The notes under the pieces were generated by a model. That model did not search any database, was not told the origin of the DNA, and saw nothing but the letters and a program-made list of their open reading frames with translations. From Ginkgo biloba (taxonomy: Eukaryota; Plantae; Ginkgophyta), in NCBI GenBank assembly GCA_024626585.2, contig JANKJI020000002.1:12184570-12202860 (forward strand): DNA of 18,291 bases. Reading direction: 5' to 3'. Below are positions 1 through 10,630 of the stretch, piece after piece. The translations under genes were made by a program, and so were the position numbers. Each line of letters starts with the position of its first letter. Within the stretch, counting starts at the first letter, position 1.

Positions 1-2055
1 AATTAAAATGGGGAAGAAGAGACCCAACATGGAAAGTAGAAAGAGATGAGAACCTTTTGTGGTTCTCCTAGAGTAACATGTAAAGTGGAAAGAAAAGGGT
101 GATTAAGAGATTTTATAGATGTTATATCCAATCAAATGGAAGGGTTATTATGGAATTTCTAGTAGTCTCTATTCTCTCATCCACTATCTTTGATCATTTT
201 TTAGTTTCTTATAATTTGCATTGGTGGGGAACTAATCTATTGGAAACAAAAATGTTTCTTTTTAAATTAAATGTTTCACTATTAGAATTAGTGTCATGTA
301 AATAAGGGATTACTAGATCGTGGCATTTATTCCCAAATCCTAATAAAAAGAGAGGATGGATTGTATGGTGGGAAGCATCGATCAAGAGGGTGGTAGATGT
401 TCATAGAGAGTTTGGTAGACATGTAGCTTGGATTAGAAGGAAGAGACAATTTGCAGTAGAGCTACTGTCCAAAGTAGTGGTGAAATTGGATGGTGATCCC
501 TTCAAGGAGGAGAAATAAAGAATGTAGTAGAGTTGAAACATGAAATTAAGAAACGCGAGATATATGTATCTCAAGGATTGAGAGTGAGGAGTAGGGTGAA
601 TTGGATAAAGTAGGGAGATAGAGGATCTAAATTTTTCTTCCAGATTTTGAAGGCCAATCAATTCAAGTCTAGAAGTGCGGCAATTAAGAATGAGGAGGAG
701 AGAATCATTGAGCAAGAGGGTATAATTAATGTGTTTAAAGAATTCTATGAAAAAATATTTAAATTAGAGGGGCCCTCTCTTATAAGAGACTAGGCCTTAG
801 AAATTTGTGCTAAAGAGTTTCCTCCAAAGTTAAAGAACAATTAAAGGGTGATATTGGACAATCCATTAACACTAGAGGAAATTCATGCAACCATGAAATC
901 TATGAAAATGACAAGTCGCTGAGGTTGGATGGACTACTTGTCGAATTCTATAAAGAAATTTAGGAAATTGTTGCAAAAAATTTGCTAAAAGCTTAAGAGG
1001 AGGTGTTGAAAGCAGGTATTTTGGGGAGTTGGCTAAATAAGGCCTGGTTAGACTAGTTCCCAAGGGGATAAGGAGCTAGTGAGCAATTGGAGGCCCATCA
1101 CTCTATTGAATGTGGGCTATAAAATCTTGGCTAAAATGCTCGTTAGAAGATTAGCATTGGCGTTAAATGATGTAGTTTGTAAAGAATACATTGGATTCAT
1201 CATGGGGAGATACATTTTGGAAAATTTGATGAATGGCTAGAAAGGAATGAATTAGGTAGGTTCCAAGATCTAAACAAAAAACGAATCATGATTATGTTAG
1301 GCTTTGAAAAAGCGCATGATAGGGTGGAATGGAACTTTGTGGGTTTGATGCTAAAGGTAGTTGGGATACGTGATAGATTCTATCGATTTATTAAGATTTT
1401 ATTAAATGGGGCTTTAGCAAGAGTGTGTGTAAATGGTGAAATATTTGGGAATTGTGCTTCAAAGATTGATAAGGAAAGGTTACCCACTAGCTCCTTCTTT
1501 GTTTGCGATTGCAACATATGCTATAGAATACCTTTAAGAGCAACGGATGGGTCGAAAATCCAAGGTATTATCATACTAGATGGTAAATCATAGTTGCTGA
1601 ATAATCATTTTGTTGATGACTCAACCCTATACCTAAAGGTTGAAACACAAAACATTGAAAATGCCTTCAAATAGTTGGATATTTTTTTGCAACACTTTAG
1701 GTGCAAAATTGAATATGAAAAAGACCATTGCGGTGCTATTAGATAGGGAAGAATCAATCGATGACGAGAAAGGATTTGAGTGATAATGGTTGGGTAGAGG
1801 TCAAGTGACAAGGTTTTTATGTATAGTATAGAGGTCACCTAAGGGAAAATGTGAAGTTGGATGATGAATAAAATAAAAAAGAAACTGAATAATTGGAATA
1901 ACAAGCTTTTTTCTTTGGTTGGGAGGTTTGAAGTACGCATGAAGGTTTTCTCTATGTTTCATATATATTACTCATCATGCTGGACTCTAGATAAGTCTCA
2001 TATGCAGAAATTGAAAGATAAGAGACTTCCTTCAGTTTGATGGAAGAGGTGGGAC
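1..2055 (+). mobile_element. Decayed L1-clade LINE retrotransposon, copy A (ORF2: end of APE endonuclease, linker, reverse transcriptase)
   Basis: Manual translation gives motifs in the expected order: KRFY/TIFDHFLV (RLDRFY/SDH-like, ~105-205), WIK*GDRGSKFFF (~602), DKSLRLDGLLVEFYK (KSPGPDG-like, ~910), NWRPITLLNVGYKILAKML (~1085), FEKAHDRVEWNF (~1303), IRKGYPLAP (~1469) and HFVDDSTLYL (FADD-like, ~1606). Many stops and frameshifts. Confidence 0.93.
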
Positions 2056-2976
2056 NNNNNNNNNNNNNNNNNNNNNNNNNNNNNNNNNNNNNNNNNNNNN
2101 NNNNNNNNNNNNNNNNNNNNNNNNNNNNNNNNNNNNNNNNNNNNNNNNNNNNNNNTGCCTTGCTCTTTGATGCGGTCTTAAGATTTATTTTAGGTTTAAT
2201 CCCTTTGTTTTGCAAGTTAGAGTAAGGGTGGCCTGTTACAATTTGGAGAAGAAATTTGGGTGAAAATGGCAGGTAGAGGTCAAGTGATAAGATTTCTAGG
2301 CATTCCCTTTGGCATAGAAGTAACCCTAGGAAAGATGGGGAGTTTGGTAATGGATAAAATAGAAGAGAAGCTAAACAAATGGAACAACAAGTTCCTTTAT
2401 CTTGCTGGGAGATTTGAAGTCTATACAAAGCTCATCTCTACATTTCACATATACTACTCATCATGTTGTACTCTAGATAAAAATCATATGCAGAAATGAG
2501 AAAAGATTATAAGGGATTTCCTCTGGTGAGATGGAAGAGGAGGAAAAGAGTGCATGCTATGAATAGGAGTGTGTGATGTTCAGATAGATCGAAAAAGGAG
2601 TTTGGGATTAAAGAACTTAAGAACGCATGGACAAACACTAGTAGCCAAATGAATACTAAAATTTGTGAGGGGAAGTGAGTTGGAAACAACTAATTAGAAA
2701 ATTGTGGAGTAGGGCTGGATGAAAGGTAAACTAGCTTAAGAGAATTTTTCTTTCCCAAATGCATGTTTATGTAAAGATGAACATAAGGTGAAGGGATCCA
2801 ATATGTTTTAGTTGCTATGGAAAAATTGGCAAAAGTTTGTAATGTTTTTGACCACAAGGGAAGATGATTGGAGAAGGGGTTCTTTTTTCTTGCCAAAGTG
2901 CAGTAGAGGTAAATGGGTTGGGCTATTTCGTGGCTCTCACCCCATGTTAATATTGATATTGGAAAAAGTGATTTTT

Positions 2977-3026
2977 GAGTAGTGGCTTAGGGGAAGCACA
3001 CCGAGTAGTGGCTTTAGGAAGGCACA
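2977..3026 (+). repeat. Two-copy tandem repeat, period 26 bp
   Basis: GAGTAGTGGCTTAGGGGAAGCACA (2977-3000) versus GAGTAGTGGCTTTAGGAAGGCACA (3003-3026). Confidence 0.9.
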
Positions 3027-3409
3027 TTCTTGTCCTTCACAACAACTCAAGCGTATTTTTCTATCCAATTGGAATTTGTCTTGACCTTCCAGAATCATAA
3101 TTTATCTAGGTATTCTTGGAGGGTGCTTGATTCATTGTGGTGGATTGAGATAGAGAATGGGTGATACTTACTCTATGATAGATGGTTTTTGGGTTTAAGA
3201 TGGAACAAAAAGGGTACTCAGTGGTTGGTTGACATGTGGGAATTTAGTTCACATAAATGGAAGAGCTAGCCAACTCTTTAAGAAGAATTTGGACTAAGAA
3301 ATAATGAACAAGTTATCTATACTTGATTTATTGAAAAATTCAATTTTTTAAAAGTTAAGATAGTTAAAAAAAGGATGGGCAACTGATGGATGGATTGGAG
3401 ATGGTCAAA

Positions 3410-3516
3410 TGGCAAAAAAATCATTGTCATTAAAGTAAATGAATTATTTGAGATGCCGAATTCTGGCAAAATCCCATTGTCATTAAACTAAATGAAGTAT
3501 ACGAGATGTTGAATTC
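3410..3516 (+). repeat. Two-copy tandem repeat, period ~54 bp
   Basis: TGGCAAAA..CATTGTCATTAAA.TAAATGAA.TAT..GAGATG..GAATTC occurs at 3410-3463 and 3464-3516. Confidence 0.92.
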
Positions 3517-3989
3517 AAATGATCAGGTTCTAGAAGAGGTAGAAAAGAAATGGCATTTGCATTGGCTTATTGCTGAATGGTTAGATTATTTGAAAACCTT
3601 TTAGATTCTAAATTAGGTCCTAAGAAGAATTTTTTCTTGTGGCAATGCATGTNNNNNNNNNNNNNNNNNNNNNNNNNNNNNNNNNNNNNNNNNNNNNNNN
3701 NNAATGATTGTAAATGTGACTACTATGGACAAATTAAAGACCTTTCGCATTTACTTTGGTTTTGTGATTATGCAAAGAAATGTTGGAAACAATGTTTACT
3801 TGCTCTGGAAAATTTGTATGGGAAGAAAGTGAGTTGGCATGAAGCCAAGCAAAGGATTAAATGAGCTATGGAATGTTGTGAGGGGAGCAAAGTAAGATGT
3901 GGTGTTGTTTTTNNNNNNNNNNNNNNNNNNNNNNNNNNNNNNNNNNNNNNNNNNNNNNNNNNNNNNNNNNNNNNAGGTGTAAGGTACGT

Positions 3990-4620
3990 TAGATCTCACG
4001 ATAGATTAACCCAGAGCCTTATTGGAATATGGTAGTCCATTTGAGATCCACTAATTGGAGACTTTGGTGCTTAGGCCAAAGCAAGGGATAGGTTCTATAG
4101 GGGAGAATTTATGCAAGAAGAGCACTACCGACTAAGAAGTACTCCCCTGTAGAGATTCATGGATGGGAGGAACCATGAATCAATTCTAAGGAGGTGGGAT
4201 TAGGTTTTGATGCAGGCAATTGGTTCACTATGACTGATGAGGTTGTTCCACCTGGTGTTGATCACACTGATGTCATGCAAGTTTAGAGCCCAAATGATGG
4301 TCAAATGTTATGAGTTCTATAGATTGAGAAATATGAGGGGGTTGAGATAGTGGAAGAGGAAGTAGATTATGAGGAGCCCATTATGATGGATATTGACTCA
4401 GAGCCATATGGCTTGGTAATTAGGGATGTACTACAATGCACTAAGAAAGCAGAGAGGATGTTGGAGAAATTGGAAAAATTTAGGCATTCACTAAGACCCA
4501 AATTATTGAGCAGATGCATCTAATCGGTGATCTTAAGCAAGTTCAGGGATGAAATCATGTAGTTGCTAGTAAGGATCTACTAATTGGTAGAGAAATATGG
4601 AATGAAGTTCCAGAAGACTC
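3990..4620 (+). pseudogene. Decayed acidic ORF downstream of the LINE zf-RVT domain (unknown product)
   Basis: One frame from ~4146 to 4523 reads PVEIHGWEEP*INSKEVGLGFDAGNWFTMTDEVVPPGVDHTDVMQV*SPNDGQML*VL*IEKYEGVEIVEEEVDYEEPIMMDIDSEPYGLVIRDVLQCTKKAERMLEKLEKFRHSLRPKLLSRCI*. The internal stops are TAG/TGA, compatible with single transitions. Confidence 0.55.
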
Positions 4621-5008
4621 TTCAACTGGTAACTTGGAATAGCACTGAGCCTAAAGGAGGTGCCTTAAGATAAGAGAGAGAAGTTTATCCATGCTAAAGT
4701 GGAATCTCTTAAATTCTTTAAATCCTTGTTTAAATGATGTAATTTAGAGCATGTAATCTTGCTGAGCATTTGTGATGCTTTATGTAATTTTTGTGTGATG
4801 GTTGGTATAGCAATACACAATGAGGTCCTATAAGGCTCTTCAACTAGGGAACTTGGGATAACACTGAGCCTAGAGGAGGTGCCATAAGATAGGAGAGATC
4901 AGTTTATCCTTGCTAAAGTGGAACCTTCTAAATGCTTCAAATCCTTGTTTAAATGATGTAATTTAGAGTTTGTAATCTTGTTGAGCATTTATGATGTAAT
5001 TTTTGTGT
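4601..5008 (+). repeat. Imperfect tandem duplication, period ~218 bp, in the probable LINE 3' region
   Basis: 4601-4797 aligns with 4819-5008; shared blocks include CTCTTCAACT, CACTGAGCCTA.AGGAGGTGCC and AAATCCTTGTTTAAATGATGTAATTTAGAG. Confidence 0.95.
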
Positions 5009-5202
5009 CTTTTTTTTTCCTATTTGAGGAAGGCTCATTATTTTTGTAAAATGTGGCAATGCCACCCCCCATGTATTGAATAGNNNNNNNNNNNNNNNNN
5101 NNNNNNNNNNNNNNNNNNNNNNNNNNNNNNNNNNNNNNNNNNNNNNNNNNNNNNNNNNNNNNNNNNNNNNNNNNNNNNNNNNNTTCAGCTTTTCAGCATC
5201 TA

Positions 5203-5348
5203 GGCTATTTACAGTTGTTTGACACTTGCTCCACAATTGTATCTATCTTTATCTCTTTGGATGGGGACAGGTGAGTCTCTGGGTTTTCCATAGCCGTACA
5301 ATATTTGGGCTATATAGAGTTGTTCGACACTTACTTGACAGTTGTATT
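5203..5348 (+). repeat. Imperfect ~40 bp direct repeat, spacing ~105 bp
   Basis: GGCTATTTACAGTTGTTTGACACTTGCTCCACAATTGTAT (~5203) versus GGCTATATAGAGTTGTTCGACACTTACTTGACAGTTGTAT (~5308). Confidence 0.75.
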
Positions 5349-6867
5349 TCACTTCATTTCAGTTTTTAGGTCCCCTTCTTTTCTAGTTCAGAGGATGCTT
5401 TAAGAACTCCTGTGTCCTGTTGTATTCAATGTTATCTCCAGTTCCATTGACCGTTTTCTTTGGTCATTAGTAGACATTGATGTATTTTTTTATTTCTTTC
5501 TCATGTTAGTTGGCACTTTAATCCGATGCTTCTTTTTCTCAAAAGGTTTCCATAGTATGATTTATTTCCACTATAATGTGTCAAAGGCATCTTCTGTATT
5601 CTTTATTGCTCTGTCTCTGTAAATCTCTTCTATCATCTTAGCTCAACTCAATTCCACATTACTTTGTGGGTTGATGGAAGACATGGAGTTTTGATTCAGT
5701 TGATCATTTGGGTGTTTTATGTGTGATTAGTGGTGTAAATTCTGTCATCCAGTCTCTTCAACAGGTATAAACTCTACTGTATACCTATCACTGACAATAG
5801 TTACTTTTCTATGTTTGCGAATATGGAGAATCCCTGGAATGCTTCCAAGACTATTACTCTTTTTGTAGTTGAGCTGAGAATCTTCCTTGCATGCCTAAAT
5901 GATGCCGACTTGATAAATTCAAGTATATAGAGTTTACTCCTTTTGTTGGTTTTTAAACTGAAAGTGTTAGCAAATTTGGTCCGGTTAAAATTGAGAAGTG
6001 ATGTCATTCCTTTTATGGCATGTATGTATGTTAAGCACCAAATGCCTGGTGAAACCTCTGAACCAGTTTTAGCCATACCATGATCAATGGCAGAATGGCA
6101 AACTAAACCATTACACAAGCTGGATANNNNNNNNNNTCCTTTTTTCCTGGAAAGCGTGCACGGTAATAGCCATGACATAGTCCGAGCTATCCAAAAGTGC
6201 ATTGTAAAAGAACTAGATAAGAATCTAAAGACATAAATATCGCCCTTGATATGATTGATCCCAACTTCTGAAAATGTAGATATTTCGATCACATTCTCAC
6301 ATGCAGGATGCAGCCTGGAAGGGTAGATACCTGACATTGCTATTTTGGACTGCTATGAATTGGAAAGTGCAGCAGATGCACCAGATTGGTCCAATCATCT
6401 TCATTCATGGTTTGACTTATGAGTTTAGTAACTTGTTGCATGGAGCAGATGCCATGGACACTTTTTATGTTGGTAAAACTTGATATCAAATAACTTTGTT
6501 GTTAAGTTAGGACTATAGTAGGGTTTATTTGTTGATGACCAGAATGTACAGCTGGATGTCACTGCATATCAGGTTATCTTAAGGTTCTGAATCATGAATA
6601 GTTCTGAAGGAAGGTTAGTTTGTGNNNNNNNNNNTACTGACTATACTTGATCTTGACCCTTTCTCATGGGATTTGATGTCTGTTTTCCTTCATCTTTTTC
6701 AGCAATTAAATGATTCTTTCTTTTGTCCTTTATTATTTTTTGTTTTAATTGGTTATTTATATTCTAAAGTTGTTTGTTTCTGAACACTATCAAATTGGTT
6801 CTTTTTGCGTATGATTGAAAATTTCTGAGAACACTCGCTTAGATGAATCTGCAGTGGATGCATGCAG

Positions 6868-7090
6868 CGGAGAAAGGAGGATGCATCATTGTTGATGCCN
6901 NNNNNNNNNACAAGGAAAGGGAAGCGATTCCCAGATAGCATGTCCAAGACAATACCAATATGGACATGTGTATTAAATCGGTCAATCAAAGACTTTCGCA
7001 GTTCCAAACCGATGAGATCTTCTGAAGATTCTGGTACAAGCTTGAAGTTATTATCTAGTGAAAATGCTATTAGTCAAGGGGAAGAAAAAT
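6868..7090 (+). CDS. RIT1: RIT1 internal exon (first visible), tRNA A64-2'-O-ribosylphosphate transferase N-terminal domain
   Basis: Acceptor TGCAG ends at 6867 (phase 1). Reads (A)EKGGCIIVDA[10 N]TRKGKRFPDSMSKTIPIWTCVLNRSI, the conserved Rit1 motif IIVDSTRxGKRxPDxxSKTxPIW. Donor GTAAGT at 7091. Confidence 0.93.
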
Positions 7091-7177
7091 GTAAGTTTGA
7101 TGGAGTGGCTGGAAGAATTTTGTGCAATTTCTAATGTGTTATTTCAGCATGTCTTACCTGTTTCATCTTGTTTGCAG

Positions 7178-7976
7178 TGGAACTTCAATTTGATTGTCAA
7201 CTTCAGGGGATGAAATCTGCAGATAGCAACTCTGAAATTTTCTGCAATAAACGAATTATGGTAAATAGTTCAGATGAGGAGTGGGATTGTTCTTTGCATC
7301 TCCCATTGTGGGTTTCAGAAACTGAAAAGGCAAACATAGACGGTCGCATTCAGGGATGGACAGAAATATTGGAAGCTACTGGTACAGATATTTCTTCTAT
7401 TTCTGCATCTCTAAAGCGACCTTTATGCCCACTGTGGATTTCTCAAAAAACGGTTATCTGGCTTAATGAAGTCCCTGATTTAGATTCNNNNNNTTTTACT
7501 CCTATAATTCTTGTTTCTGCATCTTGTTCTGCCTTAACTACACATAGGGTGAGTGACAGTGAGTTCAGCTGGAGTTATATCCCAGGAGCTGCAGATGACG
7601 AAGAAAGTTGGGCACGGGGATTGTCACCTAACCTTTTTTGGAAACATGCTTATGATCTCATCACTGGAGGACCATGTGTGTGCAATAGAATGGTTGCAGA
7701 TATTGTGGAAAAGGACAGGGTANNNNNNNNNNCAAAGAGGACAAAATACATCTCAAATCAGAGTAAAGCCTAAGAAAATATCAGCTGAATATAATGATCT
7801 TTTGGAAGAAGGATGTGTTTCTGAATGCCAATATGACATAGATATTGGATGCAGATTTAGCCTTGTTGAGAGAACTGAAAAAATGGGTGAACAAAGAATT
7901 GAACAATTGCCTGAAAGTCATATCAATCTGTATTGGATAGGAGCTACTAAACTAGCCATTGGAACTAACCAATATG
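7178..7976 (+). CDS. RIT1: RIT1 large internal exon
   Basis: Follows an 87 bp phase-1 intron (7091-7177, TTTGCAG acceptor). Encodes WDCSLHLPLWVSETEKA, LKRPLCPLWISQKTVIWLNEVPD, FTPIILVSAS, EFSWSYIPGAADDEESWARGLSPNLFW, DIVEKDRV...QRGQ and YWIGATKLAIG. The frame change at 7723-7732 coincides with a 10-N gap. Donor GTAAGT at 7977, phase 1. Confidence 0.95.
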
Positions 7977-8942
7977 GTAAGTTATGCAAAGTCTCTGTTC
8001 ATCCTTGTGCACAGGTTATAATGAATGTTTTACATGCAGTTCAGAATAGAAGGACCACATAGTGATGGCACTAGAGACTAACATCATGGTTTCATGCCAC
8101 ATATGCTTTCCTTTCCCATTTCGCTTGCAATAAGGTCTTATTTTCTAATTCCTACTTTGCTTCACCCCTTGCCCTTTGGAGATGAAAATCCTTGTGTTGC
8201 AGTTCAGCCTTTCCCCTCTTTCATCTTTGCCTTCAGTTTGAAATGATTTAGGCGCATTTTGTTGAACATTAGTGTTTTAATATACTTTTGGCATGCTTAG
8301 TGATTGACTTCTCAGGCCGTCATTAATTATCAATCCAGGCAAGTCTTTTCTTTAAACAGTGAACGGGAGATAGAATCCATAATCCCTTACTTCAGAAGTA
8401 TCATAAAGATAATCTTCCTTTTTGCCCAGCAACTAACTAGGGAGAAGCCATTGTGCATCTAGCTAACTATACAATCAGGAAGGAAAGATTGTACAAACAC
8501 AAATGCATAAATAAATTGCACAGAGGAAAACAAAAAGGAATATAAACTCCTATGCTAACAATGAGACAATTTTTCCGCGCTTTGTGTGGGCGTGGGGTAC
8601 CATCCATCAAACTCTGTCACAGTTTAGAGTGTATAGGGAACCCAATAACAACCTTCTAATAAGGAAGAGAAATTGCCTAATATTCATTAATCACAAGGAA
8701 GTCTTTTATACATCAAAGAGGTCACTGGTAATTGGTGACCCTTCCCTACAACTAATCGAGATGATTATATTTTGTTACAAGTACAAAAGTCNNNNNNNNN
8801 NNNNNNNNNNNNNNNNNNNNNNNNNNNNNNNNNNNNNNNNNNNNNNNNNNNNNNNNNNNNNNNNNNNNNNNNNNNNNNNNNNNNNNNNNNNCTAGGTCAT
8901 TTGGGGTGTGATACAGTTGTTGTTCACTCATCTTTCTCAAAC

Positions 8943-10630
8943 ATGGCTAACTAAAGTGGAATACTAGGATCCATCAGAGAAAGGCTCACTGATGTAGAAA
9001 ACTATGTAACATGGAAACATCAAATGGAGAATTTTTTACTGTTGAATGACCTATGGAAGTATGTAGATGAGACTATAGAGTTTGACAAGGATAATGCTAC
9101 ACAAAAATCTATGATTTAGGCCAAGTGTAGGATAACTCTTAGATTCATTAATTTGTCCATTGGTGGCAAATTGATTTTGAACGTCAAGGTTGCCAAGACA
9201 CCAAAGGAGGCATGGATTATAATCACCTCCTTTCTTGAGCACAAAAATAATGCCATAGTATTGACATTGAGGAGCCAACTGTACAACATCAAACTTCATG
9301 GATCGATGATGGAACATCTATAGTAGGTCAAAGGTATCCAATATCAGTTAAGCATGATTGGACAAACGATAAAAGATGTCAAACTAATCACTTTCATATT
9401 GAGAATTCTGCTTGTAAGCTACGAGAGATTCATTACGAGCCTAACCATTGCTAAAAGATTTATAACCTTAAAGTTCAATGAGTTGGAAGGACTATTATCT
9501 TAATAGGAGCATATGCAACATGATCATAATGAGGAGACATCTAGTGCATTCACTGCCAAATTAAAGGGGAAGAAGCCCTTGGTCCCCAAGAAAAGAAATA
9601 TCCCATTTGAATGTAATATTCAATAAGAGAGATCAAAGGGACAATACAAGATGAAGTGATGGCACTGTGAAAAGATAGGTCATCTAACAAATGACTATTG
9701 ATTATTGCAAAAGTAGTAGAAGTAATAATCACAAAAATAATTATAGTTGTAAAAGAAGAAGGGAAAGTAACAAGGTCACTATTTAGGAGCTTCCTTAGCT
9801 AGGGAAAATGACAAGGGAATGAGGCTACTGATGGCTTTGAAATAACTTAATTATTATGACTAGTTCATTAGATCTAGAGTAATTAGGCACATGACTGACA
9901 GACTGGAATGGTTCAAGAGCATGTAAGAAGCCAAGGGATAGATAGTGACACTAGGAGATGATATAGTGTTGAAGATGAAAGGTATTAGACAAGTACCTTT
10001 CACTACACCAAAAGGATAAAAAAGTACTTACATTAATAATGTAGTGTACATACCTAGACTAAAGGAGAACCTAATTTTTATAGCTCAAGTTGAGAAGTAG
10101 AACATGATCATTCTATTTCAAAAAGGAAAATTTACTATCATAGATAGTAAGAATAAAATTATGGTAGTTGGGACTTAAGTTGATGATTTGTAGAAGTTAA
10201 ATAACAAATCTAAGATTTAGAGAGCCTTTTCTATTGTAACTCACAAACAAAAAATTTAGCATGAAAGAATGGGACATTTGCACTACAACGGTCTTCAATT
10301 TATAAATAAATTTGATATGGTGATTAGTCTTCCAAAAATTGATGTCATAAAAATATTATGTGAACCCTATATAATTATAAAATAATACAAGTGACCATTC
10401 TTCAAGAAGACTGGTTAGAGAACAAAGGAGAAGCTTGAATTGGTTCATTCATATATTTGTGAACTATTGTTGACTACATCACTTGGATGTGTAAAGTATT
10501 TTTAACCTTCATTGATGACTATTCAAGAAAGGTTTGGGTCTATCCCTTGAGGGAGAAATCACAGACGTTCACTATCTTCAAGCAATTTAAGGAGTTGGTG
10601 GAGTGACAGATGGGCCTGAAGTTGAATTGC
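8943..10630 (+). mobile_element. Decayed Ty1/copia internal fragment (gag, protease, GAG-pre-integrase, integrase N-terminal half) inside the RIT1 intron
   Basis: gag: ENYVTWKHQMENFLLLNDLWKYV (~9000) and VAKTPKEAW (~9190). Protease: RHMTDRLEWF...VTLGDDIVLKMKGI (~9885-9990) and NNVVYIPRLKENLI (~10035). Pre-integrase: I*HERMGHL (~10255). Integrase: KLELVHSYIC...KYFLTFIDDYSRKVWVYPLREKS (~10430-10560). Integrase directly after protease is the copia order. No RT or RNase H seen. Confidence 0.93.

Larger units (their letters stand above)
2246..3912 (+). mobile_element. Decayed L1-clade LINE, copy B (apparently 5'-truncated; post-RT region and zf-RVT zinc knuckle)
   Basis: RFLGIPF...KIEEKLNKWNNKFLYLAGRFEV (2260-2499) is a typical LINE post-RT segment and repeats copy A 1766-2050. 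CKCDYYGQIKDLSHLLWFCDYAKKCW (~3708-3790) matches the zf-RVT pattern Cx2C...HLLWxCxxAxxxW. Confidence 0.88.

Noticed and set aside
401-2896. Several minus-strand ORFs of 60-158 aa
   Set aside because: They are antisense to LINE ORF2, and some are inflated by N runs.
5801-6337. 178 aa antisense ORF
   Set aside because: It spans a 10-N gap of uncertain true length, has no recognisable domain and lies antisense within the probable RIT1 intron.
6900-7732. Apparent RIT1 frameshifts between ORFs 6862, 7168 and 7553
   Set aside because: They are explained by placeholder N gaps and the 87 bp intron, so they are not evidence of pseudogenisation.
8420-8791. Possible minus-strand LTR fragment (TATAAAAG, small GGTCAC/GTGACC hairpin)
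   Set aside because: No termini, PBS, PPT or second copy supports the call.
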